From: Eledone cirrhosa
Lineage: Eukaryota
Direction of reading: 5' to 3'
DNA: 64,000 nucleotides
NCBI GenBank assembly: GCA_964016885.1
Contig: OZ024741.1
Span: 40,734,001-40,798,000, forward strand
Under the pieces are notes generated by a model that had not been told where the DNA came from, did no database searches, and was given only the letters and a program-made list of their open reading frames with translations. How positions within the stretch are numbered: position 1 is the first letter of the stretch; the number at the start of each line of letters is the position of its first letter. Position numbers and translations under genes: made by a program. This document shows positions 33,605-45,878 of this stretch, one piece after another.

Positions 33605-34149
33605 TGGATGTGTATGTATGTGTATGTGTGTACACATGGACTAGAGTATGTATGTATATATGTGTGTGTCTATACGTGTGTATATAAAGATAAGTTGAGT
33701 ATGAAAATGTATACACATGAGCGCGTATGTATGTACATGAATACATGTGTGTATATATATGTGTATGCATGTGTATATATATGTAAGTATGAATATGTGA
33801 ATTGTGAGTATATGTATTTTGTAGAGGTGTGCAAATATATTTGTGTGTGAATGCGTGGGTGAAAGGATACGTACACTTGAAAGAAAAATTTAAGTCTGAA
33901 TGTTAATTAACTGCAAACACAAAACCAACCACGCATATCTTTACTATCTCTAATCCTTCTATAGATTTAGAAAAATAACCAATAATATATTCTATAAAAA
34001 ATGTCAAAACAACAGATGGGAATCTAATTACTCACTGCCACCAAGAATTCTCACTGCTATCGAAAAACCACTCCTTCAACTATTCTTCTAACAACTTCAC
34101 CCCTCCCTCCTAATATTCTCTATAAAAACTAAATAGGTCCTCAGTAATA

Positions 34150-34266
34150 TTATTCTGATGAAATGACAGTAAATAATAACATTGAAATATTGAATGTCTG
34201 CATAACTAAAAGTTTGTAGATAGATGTTTTAGGTTATGTAACTGTTATAGAAACACGTGTCAATAA
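34150..34266 (+). ncRNA. Type I hammerhead ribozyme motif with long stem II insert
   Basis: TTATT-CTGATGA(34155-61)-aATGACAGT...ACTGTTATa-GAAAC(34250-54)-ACGT-GTC(34259-61)-AATAA. Stem I 5 bp, stem II 8 bp, palindromic loop III. Confidence 0.75.
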
Positions 34267-34303
34267 ATTCCTTCCAACTAAACTGTATCCATTCAAATCT
34301 TTC

Positions 34304-34336
<33 letters not shown>

Positions 34337-34593
34337 GGTGTCCCCGAAAAATGTATACACACTTTGATTACCTGTACAGGCAATATATATATTAGAATGG
34401 TGTATACATTTTTAGGGACCCCTGTATATATATATATATATATATATATATGGTGTCCCCGAAAAATGTATACACACTTTGATTATCTGTATAGGCAATA
34501 TATATATGGTGTCCCGGGAAAAATGTATACACACTTTGATTACCTGTACAGGCAATATATATATTAGAATGGTGTATACATTTTTAGGGACCC

Positions 34594-34629
<36 letters not shown>

Positions 34630-35100
34630 TGTCCCAGAAAAATGTATACACACTTTGATTATCTGTACAGGCAATATATATATTAGAATGGTGTATACAT
34701 TTTTAGGGACCCTGGTATATATATATATATATGGTGTCCCGGGAAGAATGTATACACACTTTGATTATCTTTACAGGCAATATATATATTAGAATGGTTT
34801 ATACATTTTTAGGGACCCATATATGTACATATATATATATATGGTGTCCCCGAAAAATGTATACACACTTTGATTATCTGTACAGGCAGTATATATATTA
34901 GAATGGTGTATACATTTTAAGGGACCCCGGTATATATATAAATATATATGGTGTCTCCGAAAAATGTATACACACTTTGATTACCTGTACAGGCAATATA
35001 TATATTAGAATGGTGTATACATTTTTAGGGACACCGGTATATATGTATATGGTGTCCCCGAAAAATGTATACACACTTTGATTACCTGAACAGGCAATAT

Positions 35101-36055
35101 CATCATCATCATCATCATCATCACCCTTTTACGTCCGTTCTTCCACGCTAGCATGGGTTAGACGGGTTGTCCTGTTGTGGGCAGTGTCTGGTCGGCTGAC
35201 CATGCCTTGCTCATACAGGAACTGATTTGGCTTGATTTCTACAGCTGGATGCCCTTCCTAACACCAACCTCATTTACAGTGAGTGCTGGGTGCTTTTTCG
35301 TGGCGCCTACACGTCCACTTTACAGTGTGGTCTGTGTGCTTTTTTTGCCGTGGTACCTCCACGACCACCTTGTAGTGGGGGATGTGGGGGCATATTGTCT
35401 ATATGCTTCAGCTTGTACCCATGGGAGGTCGGGTAGTCTGTATTACTGCATGACGCCAGAAGTCACGGTCGTGTGTCATTGTCTTTGAGAGGTGTAATTG
35501 GGTAATGTCGGCTTTTATCACCTCATCCCAGGTCATCCTGGGTCTCCCCACTCTGCAGTTTTCATCAACTTCTAGTGCTCTGCACCTTTTTATGCAGCTG
35601 TCATCCTTCATACGCATCACATGTCCATACCAGCGCAACCGCCTCTCCTGCACACAGCATTTGATTCCTCTTATGCTCAGTCTCTCTCTCAATTCATTTA
35701 TGCTTTGTCGTTCACGTATATTACTGTTACACATCCATCGGAGCATGCAGGCTTCGTTTCTCTCTAATCTACGTAAGTCTTCCACCTTTAGCGCCCAGGT
35801 CTCACTACCATGCAACATCGCTGTTCGGATACACGCAGCATACAGTCTGCCTTTCATTCTGAGGGAGAAGCCTTTTGCAGCTAGCAGTGGTAGTAGTTCC
35901 CTAAACTTCTTCCATCCCGTTCTTACCCTAGTTATTGTACTTTCTGAACACCCACCTCCGTTGCTAATTCGGTCACCTAGGTAGCAGAAGCTGTCTACTG
36001 TTTCTACAGGGCCCTCCCAGAGATTGGTGGTTCTTGTTTCCTGTGGCTGTTTGCT
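35101..36055 (-). mobile_element. RTE-clade LINE, 5'-truncated 3' fragment (copy 1 in satellite)
   Basis: (CAT)n tail, 3' UTR, and ORF end KGRLYAACIRTAMLHGSETW...RRLRWYGHVMRM...GRPRMTW. AATAT on both sides is a possible TSD. Confidence 0.93.
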
Positions 36056-36205
36056 AATATATATATTAGAATGGTGTATACATTTTTAAGGACACCGGTA
36101 TATATATATATATATATATGGTGTCCCGGAAAAATGTATACACACTTTGATTACCTGTACAGGCAATATATATATTAGAATGGTGTATACATTTTTAGGG
36201 ACCCC

Positions 36206-36254
<49 letters not shown>

Positions 36255-36659
36255 TGTCCCCGAAAAATGTATACACACTTTGATTACCTGTACAGGCAAT
36301 ATATATATTAGAATGGTGTATACATTTTTAGGGACCCCGGTATATATATATATATATGGTATCCCCGAAAAATGTATACACACTTTGATTATCTGTACAG
36401 GCAATATATATATTAGAATGGTGTATACATTTTTAGGGACCGCGGTATATATAAATATGGTGTCCCCGAAAAAAGTATACACACTTTGATTACCTGTACA
36501 GGCAATATATATATTAGAATGGTGTATACATTTTTAGGGACCCCTGTATATATATATATATATATATATATATGGTGTCCCCGAAAAATGTATACACACT
36601 TTGATTACCTGTACAGGCAATATATATATTAGAATGGTGTATACATTTTTAGGGACCCC

Positions 36660-36724
<65 letters not shown>

Positions 36725-37214
36725 TGTCCCCGAAAAATGTATACACACTTTGATTACCTGTACAGGCAATATATATATATTAGAATGGTGTATACATTTT
36801 TAGGGACCCCTGTATATATATATATATATATATATGGTGTCCCCGAAAAATGTATACACACTTTGATTACCTGTACAGGCAATATATATATTAGAATGGT
36901 GTATACATTTTTAGGGACCCCGGTATATATATATATATATATATATATGGTGTCCCCGAAAAATGTATACACACTTTGATTATCTGTACAGGCAATATAT
37001 ATATTAGAATGGTGTATACATTTTTAGGGACCCCTGTATATATATATATATATATATATATATGGTGTCCCCGAAAACAGTATACACACTTTGATTACAT
37101 GTACAGGCAATATATATATTAGAATGGTGTATACATTTTTAGGGACCCCGGTATATATGTATATGGTGTCCCCGAAAAATGTATACACACTTTGATTACC
37201 TGAACAGGCAATAT

Positions 37215-38165
37215 CATCATCATCATCATCATCACCCTTTTACGTCCGTTCTTCCACGCTAGCATGGGTTAGACGGGTTGTCCTGTTGTTGGCAGTGTCT
37301 GGTCGGCTGACCATGCCTTGCTCATACAGGAACTGATCTGGCTTGATTTCTACAGCTGGATGCCCTTCCTAACACCAACCTCATTTACAGTGAGTGCTGG
37401 GTGCTTTTTCGTGGCGCCTATATGTCCACTTTACAGTGTGGGCTGGGTGCTTTGTTGCCGTGGTACGTCCACGACCACCTTGCAGTGGGGGATGTGGGGG
37501 CATATTGTCTATATGCTTCAGCTTGTACCCATGGGAGGTCGGGTACTCTGTATTACTGCATGACGCCAGAAGTCACGGTCGTGTGTCATTGTCTTTGAGG
37601 GGTGTAATTGGGTAAGGTCGGCTTTTATCACCTCATCCCAGGTCATCTTGGGTCTCCCCACTCTGCAGTTTCCATCAACTTCTAGTGCTCTGCACCTTTT
37701 TATGCAGCTGTCATCCGTCATACGCATCACATGTCCATACCAACGCAACCGCCTCTCCTGCACACAGCATTTGATTCCTCTTATGCTGAGTCTCTCTCTC
37801 AATACATTTATGCTTTGTCGTTCACGTATATTACTGTTACACATCCATCGGAGCATGCAGGCTTCGTTTCTCTCTAATCTACGTAAGTCTTCCACCTTCA
37901 GCGCCCAGGTCTCACTACCATGCAACATCGCTGTTCGGATACACGCAGCATACAGTCTGCCTTTCATTCTGAGCGAGAAGCCTTTTGCAGCTAACAGTGG
38001 TAGTAGTTCCCTAAACTTCTTCCATCCCGTTCTTACCCTAGTTATTGTACTTTCTGAACACCCACCTCCGCTGCTAATTCGGTCACCTAGATAGCAGAAG
38101 CTGTCTACTGTTTCTACAGGGCCCTCCCAGAGATTGGTGGTTCTTGTTTCCTGTGGCTGTTTGCT
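37215..38165 (-). mobile_element. RTE-clade LINE 3' fragment (copy 2 in satellite)
   Basis: Same breakpoints as copy 1; FCYLGDRI...RVRTGWKKFREL...RRLRWYGHVMRM. Confidence 0.93.
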
Positions 38166-38525
38166 AATATATATATTAGAATGGTGTATACATTTATAGG
38201 GACCCCGGTATATATATATATATATATATATATGGTGTCCAGCGAAAAATGTATACACACTTTGATTACCTGTACAGGCAATATATATATTAGAATGGTG
38301 TATACAATTTTAGGGACCCCGGTATATATATATATGGTGTCTCCGAAAATTGTATACACACTTTGATTACCTGTACAGTGAATATATTATCAGAATGGCG
38401 TATACATTTTTAGGGACACCGGTATATATATATATATATGGGGTCCCCGAAAAATGTATACACACTTTGATTACCTGTACAGGCAATATATATATTAGAA
38501 TGGTGTATACATTTTTAGGGACCGC

Positions 38526-38568
<43 letters not shown>

Positions 38569-38755
38569 TGTCCCCGAAAAATGTATACACACCTTGATTA
38601 CCTGTACAGGCAATATATATATTAGAATTGTGTATACATTTTTAGAGACCGCGGTATATATAAATATATATGGTGTACCCGAAAAATGTATACACACTTT
38701 GATTACCTGTACAGGCAATATATATATTAGAATGGTGTATACATTTTAGGGACCC

Positions 38756-38791
<36 letters not shown>

Positions 38792-38875
38792 TGTCCCCGA
38801 AAAATGTATACACACTTTGATTATCTGTACAGGCAATATATATATTAGAATGGTGTATTTATTTTTAGGGACGCC

Positions 38876-38920
<45 letters not shown>

Positions 38921-39004
38921 TGTCCCAGAAAAATGTATACACACTTTGATTATCTGTACAGGCAATATATATATTAGAATGGTGTATACATTTTTAGGGA
39001 CCCC

Positions 39005-39047
<43 letters not shown>

Positions 39048-39354
39048 TGTCCCAGAAAAATGTATACACACTTTGATTATCTGTACAGGCAATATATATA
39101 TTAGAATGGTGTATACATTTTTAGGGACCCCGGTATATATATATATATATATATATATATGGTGTCCCGGGAAAAATGTATACACACTCTGATTACCTGT
39201 ACAGGCAATATATATATTAGAATGGTGTATACATTTTTAGGGACCCCTATATATATATATTTATATGGTGTCCCCGAAAAATGTATACACACTTTGATTA
39301 CCTGTACAGGCAATATATATATTAGAATGGTGTATACATTTTTAGGGACCCCGG

Positions 39355-39387
<33 letters not shown>

Positions 39388-40214
39388 GGTGTCCCCGAAA
39401 AATGTATACACACTTTGATTACCTGTACAGGCAATATATATATTAGAATGGTGTATACATTTTTAGGGACACCGATATATATATATATGGTGTCCCCCAA
39501 AAATGTATACACACTTTGATTACCTGTACAGGCAATATATATATTAGAATGGTGTATACATTTTTAGGGACCCCGGTATATATATATATATATATGTATA
39601 TGGTGTCCCCGAAAAATGTATACACACTTTGATTACCTGTACAGGCAATATATATATTAGAATGGTGTATAGATTTTTAGGGACCCCGGTATATATATAT
39701 ATATGTATATATATATGGTGTCCCCGAAAAATGTATACACACTTTGATTACCTGTACAGGCAATATATATATTAGAATGGTGTATACATTTTTAGGGACA
39801 CCGGTATATATATATATGGTGTCCCCAAAAATTGTATACACACTTTGATTACCTGTACAGGCAATATATATATTAGAATGTTGTATACATTTTTTGGGAC
39901 CCCGGTATATATATATATATATGTTGTCCCCGAAAAATGTATACACACTTTGATTATCTGTACAGGCAATATATATATTAGAATGGTGTATACATTTTTA
40001 GGGACCCCTGTATATATATATATATATGGTGTCCCCGAAAAATGTATACGCACTTTGATTATCTGTACAGGTAATATATATATTAGAATGGTGTATACAT
40101 TTTTAGGGACACCGGTATATATATATATGGTGTTCCCCAAAAATGTATACACACTTTGATTACCTGTACAGGCAATATATATATTAGAATGGTGTATACA
40201 TTTTTAGGGACCCC

Positions 40215-40247
<33 letters not shown>

Positions 40248-41141
40248 TGTCCCTGGAAAAATGTATACACACTTTGATTACCTGTACAGGCAAAATATAT
40301 ATATATTAGAATGGTGTATACATTTTTAGGGACCCCTATATATACATATATATATATATGGTGTCCCCGAAAAATGTATACACACTTTGATTATCTGTAC
40401 AGGCAGTATATATATTAGAATTGTGTATACATTTTAAGGGTCCCCGGTATATATATATATAAATATATATGGTGTCCCCGAAAAATGTATACACACTTTG
40501 ATTATCTGTACAGGCAATATATATATTAGAATGGTGTATACATTTTTAGGGACCCCGGTATATATATATATGGTGTCCCCGAAAAATGTATACACACTTC
40601 GATTATCTGTACAGGCAATATATATATTAGAATGGTGTATAAATTTTTAGGGACCTCTGTATATATATATATATATGGTGTCCCCGAAAAATGTATACAC
40701 ACTTTGATTACCTGTACAGGCAATATATATATTAGAATGATGTATACATTTTTAGGGGCCCCGGTATATATATATATATGGTGTCCCCGAAAAATGTATG
40801 CACACTTTGATTACCTGTACAGGCAATATATACATTAGAATGGTGTATACATTTTTAGGGACCCAGTATATATATATATATATATATATGGTGTCCCCGA
40901 AAAATGTATACACACTTTGATTACCTGTATAGGCAATATATATATTAGAATGGTGTATACATTTTTAGGGACCCCGGTATATATATATATTGTGTCCCTG
41001 AAAAATGTATACACACTTTGATTACCTGTACAGGCAATATATATATTAGAATGGTGTATACATTTTTAGGGACCCCGGTATATATGTATATGGTGTCCCC
41101 GAAAAATGTATACACACTTTGATTACCTGAACAGGCAATAT

Positions 41142-42092
41142 CATCATCATCATCATCATCACCCTTTTACGTCCGTTCTTCCACGCTAGCATGGGTTAGA
41201 CGGGTTGTCCTGCTGTGGGCAGTGTCTGGTCGGCTGACCATGCCTTGCTCATACAGGAACTGATCTGGCTTGATTTCTACAGCTGGATGCCCTTCCTAAC
41301 ACCAACCTCATTTACAGTGAGTGCTGGGTGCTTTTTCGTGGCGCCTATATGTCCACTTTACAGTGTGGGCTGGGTGCTTTGTTGCCGTGGTACGTCCACG
41401 ACCACCTTGTAGTGGGGGATGTGGGGGCATATTGTCTATATGCTTCAGCTTGTACCCATGGGAGGTCGGGTAGTCTGTATTACTGCATGACGCCAGAAGT
41501 CACGGTCGTGTGTCATTGTCTTTGAGATGTGTAATTGGGTAAGGTCGGCTTTTATCACCTCATCCCAAGTCATCTTGGGTCTCCCCACTCTGCAGTTTTC
41601 ATCAACTTCTAGTGCTCTGCACCTTTTTATGCAGCTGTCATCCGTCATACGCATCACATGTCCATACCAACGCAACCGCCTCTCCTGCACACAGCATTTG
41701 ATTCCTCTTATGCTCAGTCTCTCTCTCAATTCATTTATGCTTTGTCGTTCACGTATATTACTGTTACACATCCATCGGAGCATGCAGGCTTCGTTTCTCT
41801 CTAATCTACGTAAGTCTTCCACCTTCAGCGCCCAGGTCTCACTACCATGCAACATCGCTGTTCGGATACACGCAGCATACAGTCTGCCTTTCATTCTGAG
41901 GGAGAAGCCTTTTGCAGCTAACAGTGGTAGTAGTTCCCTAAACTTCTTCCATCCCGTTCTTACCCTAGTTATTGTACTTTCTGAACACCCACCTCCGCTG
42001 CTAATTCGGTCACCTAGGTAGCAGAAGCTGTCTACTGTTTCTACAGGGCCCTCCCAGAGATTGGTGGTTCTTGTTTCCTATGGCTGTTTGCT
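41142..42092 (-). mobile_element. RTE-clade LINE 3' fragment (copy 3 in satellite)
   Basis: Same breakpoints and same upstream variant unit (CCTGAACAGG) as copies 1 and 2. Confidence 0.93.
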
Positions 42093-42351
42093 AATATATA
42101 TATTAGAATGGTGTATACATTTTTAAGGACACCGGTATATATATATATATATATATATGGTGTCCCGGAAAAATGTATACACACTTTGATTACCTGTACA
42201 GGCAATATATATATTAGAATGGTGTATACATTTTTAGGGACACCGGTATATATATATATATATATGGTGTCCCGGAAAAATGTATACACAGTTTGATTAC
42301 CTGTACAGGCAATATATATATTAGAATGGTGTATATATTTTTAGGGACCCC

Positions 42352-42384
<33 letters not shown>

Positions 42385-42467
42385 TGTCCTGAAAAATGTA
42401 TACACACTTTGATTACCTGTACAGGCAAAATATATATTAGAATGGTGTATATATTTTTAGGGACCCC

Positions 42468-42508
<41 letters not shown>

Positions 42509-42694
42509 TGTCCCCGAAAAATGTATACACACTTTGATTACCTGTACAGGCAATATATATATTAGAATGGTGTATATATTTTTAGGGACCCCGGTATATA
42601 TATATATATATATATATATGGTGTCCCCGAAAAATGTATACACACTTTGATTACCTGTACAGGCAATATATATATTAGAATGGTGTATACATTT

Positions 42695-43016
42695 TTTATA
42701 ATACTAAAAGTCTGTGATTGATTGCTTGCTTGCTTATCTGTAATGTAAACAGCCAAAAGGGCGCATAATGGGAAAATACTTTGAAAAAAGTTGACCCTGA
42801 AATGGGAATACAAATGGAACAAAACAAATTTCGCGTAAATCGGACCGCAGGTTCCTGACATATGGGGTTTTTCCTGGTGCCTTCATAAACAAAGTAAACA
42901 AAGAGAGAAAAAGATAGAGAGAAAGCGATAGTGGTTGTGTGAGAGTAGATTGAAAGAGAGACAGAAAGAGGGAGAGGAGACAGAGAATGAAAATGGAAGA
43001 GAGCTGGTGGTGCTGT

Positions 43017-43047
<31 letters not shown>

Positions 43048-43346
43048 GTGTGAGTGTGTGTGAATATATATATATATATGTGTGTGTTTATGACCAATGC
43101 ATGTAGATCACAGACATCCGCATATATATCTATATACACACACATACATATATATGTATATGTTTACACACACACACACATATATATATATACATACACT
43201 CACGTATATATATAGGCCTTCCAGTTTCATTTCACATTATATACATGTCTGTGTATATTTTTATTATTTAAAAATTATTTTTAAGTGAACACGATATAAA
43301 AAAATGTTTAAAGTGAACATGACCCAACGGGTCACGGGTGGTCTAG
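42695..43346 (+). mobile_element. Non-autonomous Helitron-like element
   Basis: 5' TTTATAATACTAAAAG followed by short (GATT)/(GCTT) repeats. 3' hairpin TGACCC-AAC-GGGTCA (43320-43334), then CTAG|T at 43343-43347. The canonical 5' TC is not intact. Confidence 0.6.
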
Positions 43347-43374
43347 TATATATATAAAAGACACTCTCTGGAGA

Positions 43375-43506
43375 GGATGCCAGTCTATTGCAAGATTAAC
43401 TCCCCAGCTACTGCTGATACTTACTCTCAGCTGAGCGTACTAGAGCAGCAATAAATAAAGTGCTTTGCTCAAGAACACAACATAGCATCTTGTCTAGGAT
43501 CAAACT
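43375..43506 (-). mobile_element. Degenerate tRNA-derived SINE fragment
   Basis: CAGCTGAG..ACTAGAGCAGCAATAAATAAAGTGCTTTGCTCAAGAACACAAC is the reverse complement of the SINE body at 45879 and 58079. Confidence 0.65.
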
Positions 43507-43620
43507 GTTAGATTCCTACCTTAGATCTTCACTATGGAACTGGATTTACCCTGGCTATGTGAACCTCCACCTAGGCACTCCTTCAGATCACTGGACCTTT
43601 CATTGCTCTTTGTATATATA

Positions 43621-43731
43621 TCATCATCATCATCATCATCACTGTTTAACATATATTTTTCTATGCTGGCATGGGTCAGAGGAGTTATCCTGTTGCGGGC
43701 AATACCAGGTCAGTTGACCATGTCTTACTCA
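43621..43731 (-). mobile_element. RTE 3' tail fragment
   Basis: (CAT)n followed by ATGCTGGCATGGGT...TCCTGTTG..GGCA...TGACCATG, similar to the start of 55054-55170. Confidence 0.6.
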
Positions 43732-43754
43732 TATATATATATACAGATATATAG

Positions 43755-44100
43755 ATATATGTGTTCAAATCGTAAGGAGATACTTAGAAGTGAAGGGTTT
43801 ACTAATTTTACACCCACTGATGAGCAAAAGAATTGGTAAGTCCCTTCACTAAAATTTGGAAACAGCATTACCAAAAGCTGTCTGGGTGTCTGGCAGGTGA
43901 CTCAATATCGGTTTGTATTTCTTTTCTTGATTTATTCTTTTAAAGTGATTCTGGCAAACCCTATTGTTCATAGTTAGTATTTTTTCACCTTAGCGAGCCT
44001 GGTCCCTTACGATTTGAACACATATATGTATATATGTGTGTTTATCTCTCTTTTATATTCAATTATATTACACAGCTCAGAAAAATCTATTTGCTTGAGC
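43755..44100 (+). mobile_element. Foldback element with degenerate hammerhead core
   Basis: 23-bp perfect inverted repeats 43755-43777/44005-44027, internal CTGATGA (43817) gCAAA...TTTG GAAAC (43859), and a putative tail to about 44100. Confidence 0.5.
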
Positions 44101-44169
44101 TATTTAATTGTAAGAGACTATTTTGAGAAAGGTAGAACTTTGACGAGATGAGGGAGAAGCTGGGTTTAA

Positions 44170-44445
44170 GGAGAATCTGAAGTGGTGTGGATATGCATTG
44201 GTATGGATATGTGATGCATATGGACAATGACTGATGGGTGAAGAAATGCTAGGAAATCCCGGTGGAAAGCAACTGCAGTAGATGACGACAAAAAAAAAAC
44301 CTTGGCAGAGGTTGTGTGAGGAGACCTCAAATTGCTGAGATTGGCAGAGGAGATGAAGGAACGCGACAAGTGAAGAGATGCAGAGCTGAGAAAGACCTGT
44401 CCAATCCATGCAAGCATGGAAAAGTGGAGGTAAAAATGATGATGA
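44170..44445 (+). mobile_element. Old RTE LINE 3' end
   Basis: Degenerate HWYGYVMHMDND*WVKKC, then CCATGCAAGCATGGAAAAGTGGA..TAAAAATGATGATG tail. Confidence 0.7.
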
Positions 44446-44652
44446 TATATATATATTCATCTAAGTTTGGTGGTTCACCACTGGATAGAACTGGTCATTT
44501 TGTATAGTCAACCATGATGTAATATTAAGAAAAGCACTCAATGTTATGCAACTCATCCATCTTCGCTGTTGAATCTTGTTGGTGGTGCAAGAACGGAGTT
44601 AATTATTATTGAGTAAATGACAGGAGGCCTTTATTATATAACTATTATACAA

Positions 44653-44716
44653 TAAACGCCTGATGATGTCACCAGGATCTTAGGGAACTTGTCCACTGAA
44701 ATGTACATAGTGTTTG
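44653..44716 (+). ncRNA. Minimal type I hammerhead ribozyme motif
   Basis: TAAACGC-CTGATGA(44660)...GAAAT-GTAC-ATA(44707-09)-GTGTTTG. Stem I 7 bp with two GU pairs, palindromic loop III, imperfect stem II. Confidence 0.65.
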
Positions 44717-44759
44717 CTATAATAAATCTTTGAAGGAATTTCACCAGTCTGGCCTCCTG

Positions 44760-44870
44760 TATATTACACACGGCTATTGTAGAAGATGCTTGCCATGGTG
44801 CCACACAATAGGAATGAATATGAAACCATGTGGTTATGAAGCAAATTCCCAAACCACACATACATGCCTA
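44760..44870 (-). mobile_element. tRNA-derived SINE head fragment
   Basis: Reverse complement reads AGGCATGTATGTGTGGTTTGGGAATTTGCTTCATAACCACATGGTTTCATATTCATTCCTATTGTGTGGCACCATGGCAAGCATCTTCTACAATAGCC, a degenerate A/B-box SINE head. Confidence 0.55.
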
Positions 44871-45596
44871 TGTTTTTATACTCTAGATTTTGTTATGAAG
44901 TATATCTGCTACAATTGCTGTTGCAACAACAATACAATAATAACATCAAAATAGCAACAACAAAAGTATTTATATGCAATAGCAGAAAATAGAAACTATG
45001 CAATTTAACTGACATCTTAAGTAGTAGATGCATCAATGTTGTAGCTTCCGTGATTTACATGCAAGAACAGGTCTTCACCCCTGACAACAAAACCAAACTA
45101 TAATGTAAAATGAAATAGGAGAAAGGCTGTATAAATAACATAGATTTCAGATAAGACGGAAGGCTAAAATAAATAAATCCTCATTGGAATTAGAATGGAA
45201 AATATATTATAGCATACACTGTGGGGATTGTGTTACAGATGAATTGATGAGAGCATATCTGAGAGGATATTGTTATTTGATGAACTGCTAAAGCTAAAAT
45301 GAAAACATACACATTTTTGGTGTATTATACTTGTGATTAAAGTGATGGTGTTGTGGTGCAAAGTGTATTGGTTTAAAGCCCTTGTGGTGTTTAGTTATAT
45401 TCCTCTGTATATCTTGTTTGAGATCAGTTTACCTTTAATCTTTGTGGCAGTGTTGTGGTACATAGAGAATTGAATTAAAAGTCTTTGTAGTATTTAGTTG
45501 TATTATTCCATATTCTTAGTTCAAATCCTGTTTAAGAGCAAACCCTTTTCATATAAAACCACCCTTGGTTCTACAATGGAAAACTATTTGCTTTAA

Positions 45597-45817
45597 GCCT
45601 TTAGCATTTGCATTACTCTATATTTACTTTTGTATTTTTGCAGTAAAGGCTTTACCTCACAGAATTATCGCACATAATATGGAATCTATGAGATTTTGAT
45701 ATTATTTATTTTGAGAGCAATACCTTAATGTTGGTATGAGTGGCCAGTTACAGCCGGTTTGAACAGAAAGAGGTGAAAGAATTCTGGCCGGATACAGCCA
45801 GTTTAAATGTTAAAAGG
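45597..45817. mobile_element. piggyBac-like MITE
   Basis: TTAA|GCCTTTAGCATTT ... AAATGTTAAAAGG|TTAA: imperfect TIRs with TTAA on both sides. Confidence 0.6.
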
Positions 45818-45878
45818 TTAAATTGTTGATATTTATCTAAAAAACTTTTATAATACTAGTATGTAAAAATCTTTGTTA

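Larger units (their letters stand above)
32171..34306 (-). mobile_element. 5'-truncated Penelope-like retroelement with inverted pseudo-LTRs and one-sided tail
   Basis: 702-bp inverted repeats 32281-32982/33605-34306 (two mismatches seen), extra 110-bp tail 32171-32280, GIY-YIG C-terminal ORF between the arms, a hammerhead in each arm, and (TA)n on both flanks. Confidence 0.88.
1..42696. repeat. Tandem satellite array of an ~89-bp quasi-palindromic, MITE-like unit plus variable (TA)n linker; open at the left window edge
   Basis: Consensus TGGTGTCCCCGAAAAATGTATACACACTTTGATTACCTGTACAGGCAATATATATATTAGAATGGTGTATACATTTTTAGGGACCCCGG followed by (TA)n, repeated in one orientation. Roughly 350 units (estimate from length). 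Interrupted at 13295, 32171, 35101, 37215 and 41142. Confidence 0.98.

Noticed and set aside
35177-35984. Plus-strand ORFs over the RTE copies (also 37648, 41527, 55543, 55975)
   Set aside because: Antisense shadows of the RTE ORF and UTR.
37518-38258. 246-aa satellite-RTE fusion ORF
   Set aside because: Chance in-frame read-through from the satellite; no evidence of expression.
1-42696. CRISPR-like array (palindromic repeat plus variable spacer)
   Set aside because: Spacers are only (TA)n, the repeat is 89 bp, there are no cas genes, and the context is eukaryotic.
323-42861. Hundreds of short ORFs ([22 protein letters not shown]..., [17 protein letters not shown]...)
   Set aside because: These are translations of the satellite; ORF length depends only on (TA)n phase.
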